Assembly: GCA_977018835.1 (NCBI GenBank)
Contig: OZ361259.1
Span: 2,294,001-2,358,000 of the forward strand
Source of the DNA: Minutocellus sp. GHC0000111
Lineage: Eukaryota
Reading direction: 5' to 3'
DNA: 64,000 nucleotides
The notes under the pieces were generated by a model. The model was not told the origin of the DNA and did no database searches. It saw nothing but the letters and a program-made list of their open reading frames with translations. The translations under genes were made by a program, and so were the position numbers. This document shows, piece by piece, positions 59,393 through 64,000 of this stretch (position 1 is its first letter; every line of letters begins with the position of its first letter).

Positions 59393-59800
59393 ATGGATCC
59401 CTCTAAAGAACAGACGAATGATGATATCTCGACAGTCGTTTCCTCCGCGATTGGGTCGGTCCTAGGAAATGCAAGCTTCATCTCGGATAAGACCAAGGAT
59501 TGGTCCAATTCGATCATACAAAGTTCGTTAAAGGGCCTCCAATCCCTCAACCGGCCGTACAAGTACTGCCTGACCGTGACCATAATGCAGAAGAATGGTG
59601 CTGGGTTGGTGAGCGCAGCATCAGTGTACTGGGACCCAAGTAAAGATGGAGCTTGCAAGGTATCGTGGGAGAACGAAACGATGCATTGCGTGGTGGCTGT
59701 ATTCGGAGTCTCAACAAATGTCGACGGTGCTCCAGATGATCTTGTTTTCGGAGATGCTGCTGTTGCCGTGGAAGGGGCGACAACAGTGGCGGAGACGTAA
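59393..59800 (+). CDS. Tctex-1 family dynein light chain
   Basis: KDWSNSI...L..LNRPYKYCLTVTIMQKNGAGL......WD...DG.....WEN.TMHCVVAVFG. Confidence 0.92.
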   Translation: MDPSKEQTNDDISTVVSSAIGSVLGNASFISDKTKDWSNSIIQSSLKGLQSLNRPYKYCLTVTIMQKNGAGLVSAASVYWDPSKDGACKVSWENETMHCVVAVFGVSTNVDGAPDDLVFGDAAVAVEGATTVAET

Positions 59801-59897
59801 TGATATTAGTGGCTAACCGAAACAGCGTCGAAACTGTCAACATCGTAGCTGGCTGTAGCTGCACTCTACTACGAAGTAGACTCCTACGTAGCTAGAT

Positions 59898-61402
59898 TCA
59901 CTCGACCCTCTGACGCTTGGTGGCACCATTTGCCCCATCCTCATTTTTCGATGGCTCTACCTTCTCCTTTTCATGTTCCGCCGCCACATTCGTCTTCTCT
60001 GCCTTTGCATCGCGTTCTCTCTTGAGCGCGTCTGGATCAAGAAAATAGCGATCATCGTAGTGTCGTTCCGTCGCCGATCCTTGGCCCATTGCCCCCGACC
60101 TTGCGCCGGAAGTGCTGACATCCCACAATTTGCATATCTCCTCCAAGGAATGACAATTGGACACCGACTTGATGCTTTGACCTCCTGGATACTTCATGGT
60201 CAAGTTTGGCACAAGATGTGATGGATTCCGTCGATTGTTCATCATTTCGCACACCACGTATTTGACATTCTTTGCATTGGGAGCATACCTGAGACAATGT
60301 TCCAGGTAGCTTTGCACCACAGATGTCTTGCTCTCCAACAAGGGTGAGTCATACCCAAAAGACGCGTTTGTATCACCATCCATAGAGACCGTCGGCTTTT
60401 TGAATATACTCGCATTGTACAAGGCTGGCCGGGCAAGCATTACACCATCCGCTCCAGTTCGCTCCTTCATGGTGATCATATCATTCCTCGTGTAAAGATC
60501 ACCATTGATGATGATTGGTACAGATTCCACCCCCTTGACAGCCTGAACAACGTTGACAAGCCTTTCCCACTTGGCAGGTTGCTGAGATTCGTCACCAACT
60601 TCTCGAGCGTGAATGGTAACGGCATTGGCACCCGCCTTGATGAGGGAACGGATAAAATCGATCGTCGACGCATCATCCTTCAGAAGGCGAATTTTCGCAC
60701 TGACTGGTACATTTACATTGGCACGGAGTGTTTTGATTATGTCGCACGCGCGCGGCAAGTCCGAGAGCAGAGCACTTCCCATACCGCCCGATACGCTGAA
60801 CTTCTTGGGACAACCCTGTCATGCGAAGGAGCAAGAGGTATCATTAGAGAGAATATAAGAGCCACAAACTACTATATACGTCGTAGACTACTTCTAGTAG
60901 CTAGACATGCACACAGACGATAAGCCAGCGCTCAACGTACCATATTAATGTCGAGTCCATCAACATCTTGTTGCACTGCCAGCGCCGCGGGAAGAGCCAG
61001 GTTGCTCTCACCGGTGCCAATCTGATAGATGAGGCGTCCCCTTTCCAGTTCGGGCGCAATTCGCAGAACCACAGGAATTTCGTTCTTCGCCTTTAATCGT
61101 TTCAGAGTTTTGGCGCTCATACCATCCGTCTTGCGCACGTAATCAATTGTACCCAACTTCTCGTTGATTACGCGATCGCACGTTGTGATCGATCGATCCA
61201 CAATCTCCTCCGTGTATACGAGATCGGCTCCATACGACAGGGCCAGAGCGCGGAGTGGCGTCGTGCTCGCTCGGACCATGGGCGCCAAAATTTCCGCATT
61301 GCGAAACAGCTTGTCTGCACGTTCCTGGATGGACGTGCTGTCCGAGCAAGGAAGGGCAGGCGGTGGTCCTGCGATCTGGCAACTCGGTTCCTCTCCTGGC
61401 AT
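59898..61402 (-). CDS. DUS2: tRNA-dihydrouridine(20) synthase, 2 exons
   Basis: ILAPMVR...PLRALALSYGADLVYTEEIVD; DINM|GCPKKFSVSGGMGSALL across intron 60940..60816; NGD and GVMLAR. Confidence 0.9.
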
Positions 61403-61593
61403 GTTGCTATCTTGACTTATTTTTGCGCCTTGCTTCCGAACTTTACCCGGGTGTTTCGGGGGGATTCCTGGGTAAAGTTTGGCTCGCATGTTTGCTGCGA
61501 GAAGACTTCAAGATTTTCCCCGCGATGCCAAGCACCAACTGAAAGCGCATCTTGGCTGCGAGCCAAAATAAAAAACAGAAGTCTTTTGACACC

Positions 61594-63838
61594 ATGGCCG
61601 TTGCTACTACTGCTGCTACCGCCGCCACGAACGCCACCGCCGGCCTTCGCCGCACGGCAGTCCCAAGGGCACCACCCGAGTTATCATCGTACAAGACCCG
61701 ATTCAATGCATATCTTCAGCATATCGGTCTTCCCTTTGTCGACGACTTGACGCCCGAAGACGTCGCATCGCCCGGCGACATCGAATCAATTATGTGCTCT
61801 TGGGCCGAGTACATGTCGACGAACCCTCCGAGGTACATGAACAACCGGGACAAGCTCAAGGCTGACGGCGTCGGCAACGGCTTCGGCCTCATCAAGGAGT
61901 ACCTGAAGGACCGGTTCGGCCGCCACGTCGACTGGACCGACGAGACCTGGTTCACCCTCTCCAAGGGCGCGCTCGTCAAGAAGCTGGAGAGAGACAGCGT
62001 CCGTGGCACATCTGGTGTCGACGAAGTACCCGGCAAGATCGGCATCGTTCGCCTCAACCCCGATGCTGGTGTTATTGAAGGACACGACGGTGTCAGCACC
62101 AGTCCATTTGCCGACGATGTTCCCGACATGGTCACCATCAATCGCAAGCTACTGAAAACCAGCAAGCTCGGCGACAAGCACCAGCGACGCCTTGCTCTCA
62201 ACTTGACATATGCCGCCGATGGCCGGTCCGGGGAGGTGAAATATCTCAACTACCAGGGGCATGACATATGATCCCTTCGGTAATTGTGCTGCTGCTGACT
62301 GGAAGGACTTGAAGAATGGCACGACCAGGCCGACTACCTTCTGTGCAGATTATGACCGGTGGGAGACTTGTGTATTTGATGCCCTTGGTGACCACTGGAG
62401 CGTCGATGGTGGCCTCTCTCGTACCTGCAACTCCTCTGGCAATATAGGTTTTCTCCAGGCCTTTGTTGTACCGATGTGCCAGGCTCGAAGCGATTCCTGG
62501 ACTTTCAAGACCCTCACCGAAACCTTGCGAGATGATCTGCCGGATTCAATACGGGACAGCATATCTGGTCGAAGCATGCGATACGGCGGCACTACTCACC
62601 TTCACGAAGATCCGTCGGTGAATCATCCAGAGCTCACGGCACGATCAGGCCACGCTCCTGCTGATAACACCAGGCACTACGTGCTATCTCGGCGGGCGAT
62701 GCAACATGTGCCAATGAGGTCTCTTGCTGGCCATCCCTCTCCTCGGAAGTCCCACCGTCCTCCTCGGCTCATTGCCATCAGCACTTTGCCTGACGACATG
62801 GCTCTTTTGGATCGGTTTGCAGACAAATTATATCCAATGACAATGCCTGATTTCAAGGCTGGAGGGAGGCTACGGCAGCTGGTACGGGAGGTGCTGGCCA
62901 CCAACATTATGAATTTTTCGACGAAGCTGTCTTTTCTTGGAGTTGCAGGCCCTGCCGTTCGTCGGATGATGAATGTGGGGGACGAGCTCGGTATTGATCT
63001 GTCTCAATTGAAGGGGTGGTCAAGGAAGGTGGCAGATGATTTCAAGGCCATCAATGCACCGTATTCATCCGCTGAGGAGGAGCTTGCTACTGTGGTAGCT
63101 GAAAACAATCGTTTAGTATCAGATTTGCGGAAGGAGATTGCCGATTTGAAGGCTTTGGCAGCAACCAACGCAAGAACAATATGTCACCTTGAGACTCAGC
63201 TACAAAAATCGGATGCAAGGGCGCTAAATGGAACATCGGTGCCATTGATTGCTTCTGGTGGTGTTGATTCGGCGGTTGCTGGTACCAGTAGACCTGCCGG
63301 TGGCACCATCCGACGAAGAGAGCCATCCCCACCGCGATCCCCTTGCCGAAACGTGCGGCAGCGCACCGCTGGAGGTTCTGGCATTATCGGCACCGCAATA
63401 TCTGCCATTGCAGTATCGCCGGTTGCCATAGCAAGGAGAATGGTTGGAGGAGCGCCACCGCTACCGACGGCTCTTCGGCCTCCACCGCTACCAACGACGG
63501 AGCAGTTGTCAACTGTCAGCAGCGCTGGGGGCAAAAAGAAGAATAAGTGGCCGCTCATGAGCGAAATAGTAATAGAATTGGCTCGATCTGGAAAGCTGAA
63601 GTCAGGGTCGTCGCATGAATCCATGCCTCCGCCGCTGGCAATACTTCCCAGGGCTTTTGATCGCAATGAAAAGACAAAACATAAGTTGGCAATGCGTGTG
63701 GTTGATGCAGCTGTCACAAAAGATCAGGATGATGTGTTTAGAGCAGCCGAGATCGATGAGGCCGAACTAGTGGCAAAAGGAAAGGCTTTAGATCTTGAAG
63801 TCCGTCGGTGGTTGGCAAGCAAGATGAATTACCAGTAG
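61594..63838 (+). mobile_element. Crypton-like tyrosine-recombinase ORF; +1 frameshift at G4 62256-62259; 3' part disrupted by a duplication; the element probably continues beyond the window
   Basis: Catalytic R in 'ADGRSGEV', box II 'SGRSMRYGG', 'ARSGH' and 'NTRHY', followed by a coiled coil and a low-complexity tail; no intron. Confidence 0.78.
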
Positions 63839-64000
63839 ACCTGCCGGTGGCACCATCCGACGAAGAGAGCCATCCCCACCGCGATCCCCTGGCCGAAACG
63901 TGCGGCAGCGCACCGCTGGAGGTTCTGGCATTATCGGCACCGCAATATCTGCCATTGCAGTATCGCCGGTTGCCATAGCAAGGAGAATGGTTGGAGGAGC
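63283..64000 (+). repeat. Direct duplication, offset 547 bp: 63283..63453 is repeated at 63830..64000 and runs off the window
   Basis: 171 bp visible with one substitution (T63344 vs G63891). Confidence 0.95.

Overview
Gene-dense eukaryotic nuclear DNA, most likely a diatom. Support: short GT-AG introns, short intergenic spacers, a signal peptide followed by an ASAF-type plastid motif, and RXL processing motifs in secreted proteins. About 36 protein-coding genes can be built. They include housekeeping and trafficking genes (TMEM87/GOST-like, copine, LAMTOR5, DPAGT1, COG3, AP4S1, CSTF2, SF3B4, UQCC1, BCKDHB, ABCG, DUS2, atypical E2F), three dynein-related genes, several oxidoreductases and several orphans. 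The window ends in a Crypton-like tyrosine-recombinase ORF that has inverted repeats upstream and an internal direct duplication. Six genes carry small frameshifts, mostly in short homopolymers and including the essential SF3B4, so the assembly probably has indel errors. The most striking unexplained signal is a set of intergenic arrays of TA-[short palindrome]-TA units chained through shared TA dinucleotides, which resemble accumulated excision footprints of TA-targeting DNA transposons. Also notable: a single in-frame TGA in an otherwise intact P450, a silaffin/silacidin-like type I membrane protein with 225-bp repeats, and an orphan ORF broken by an 8-bp duplication. No rRNA, tRNA or CRISPR array was recognised. 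All family calls come from motif recognition by eye, not from database searches.
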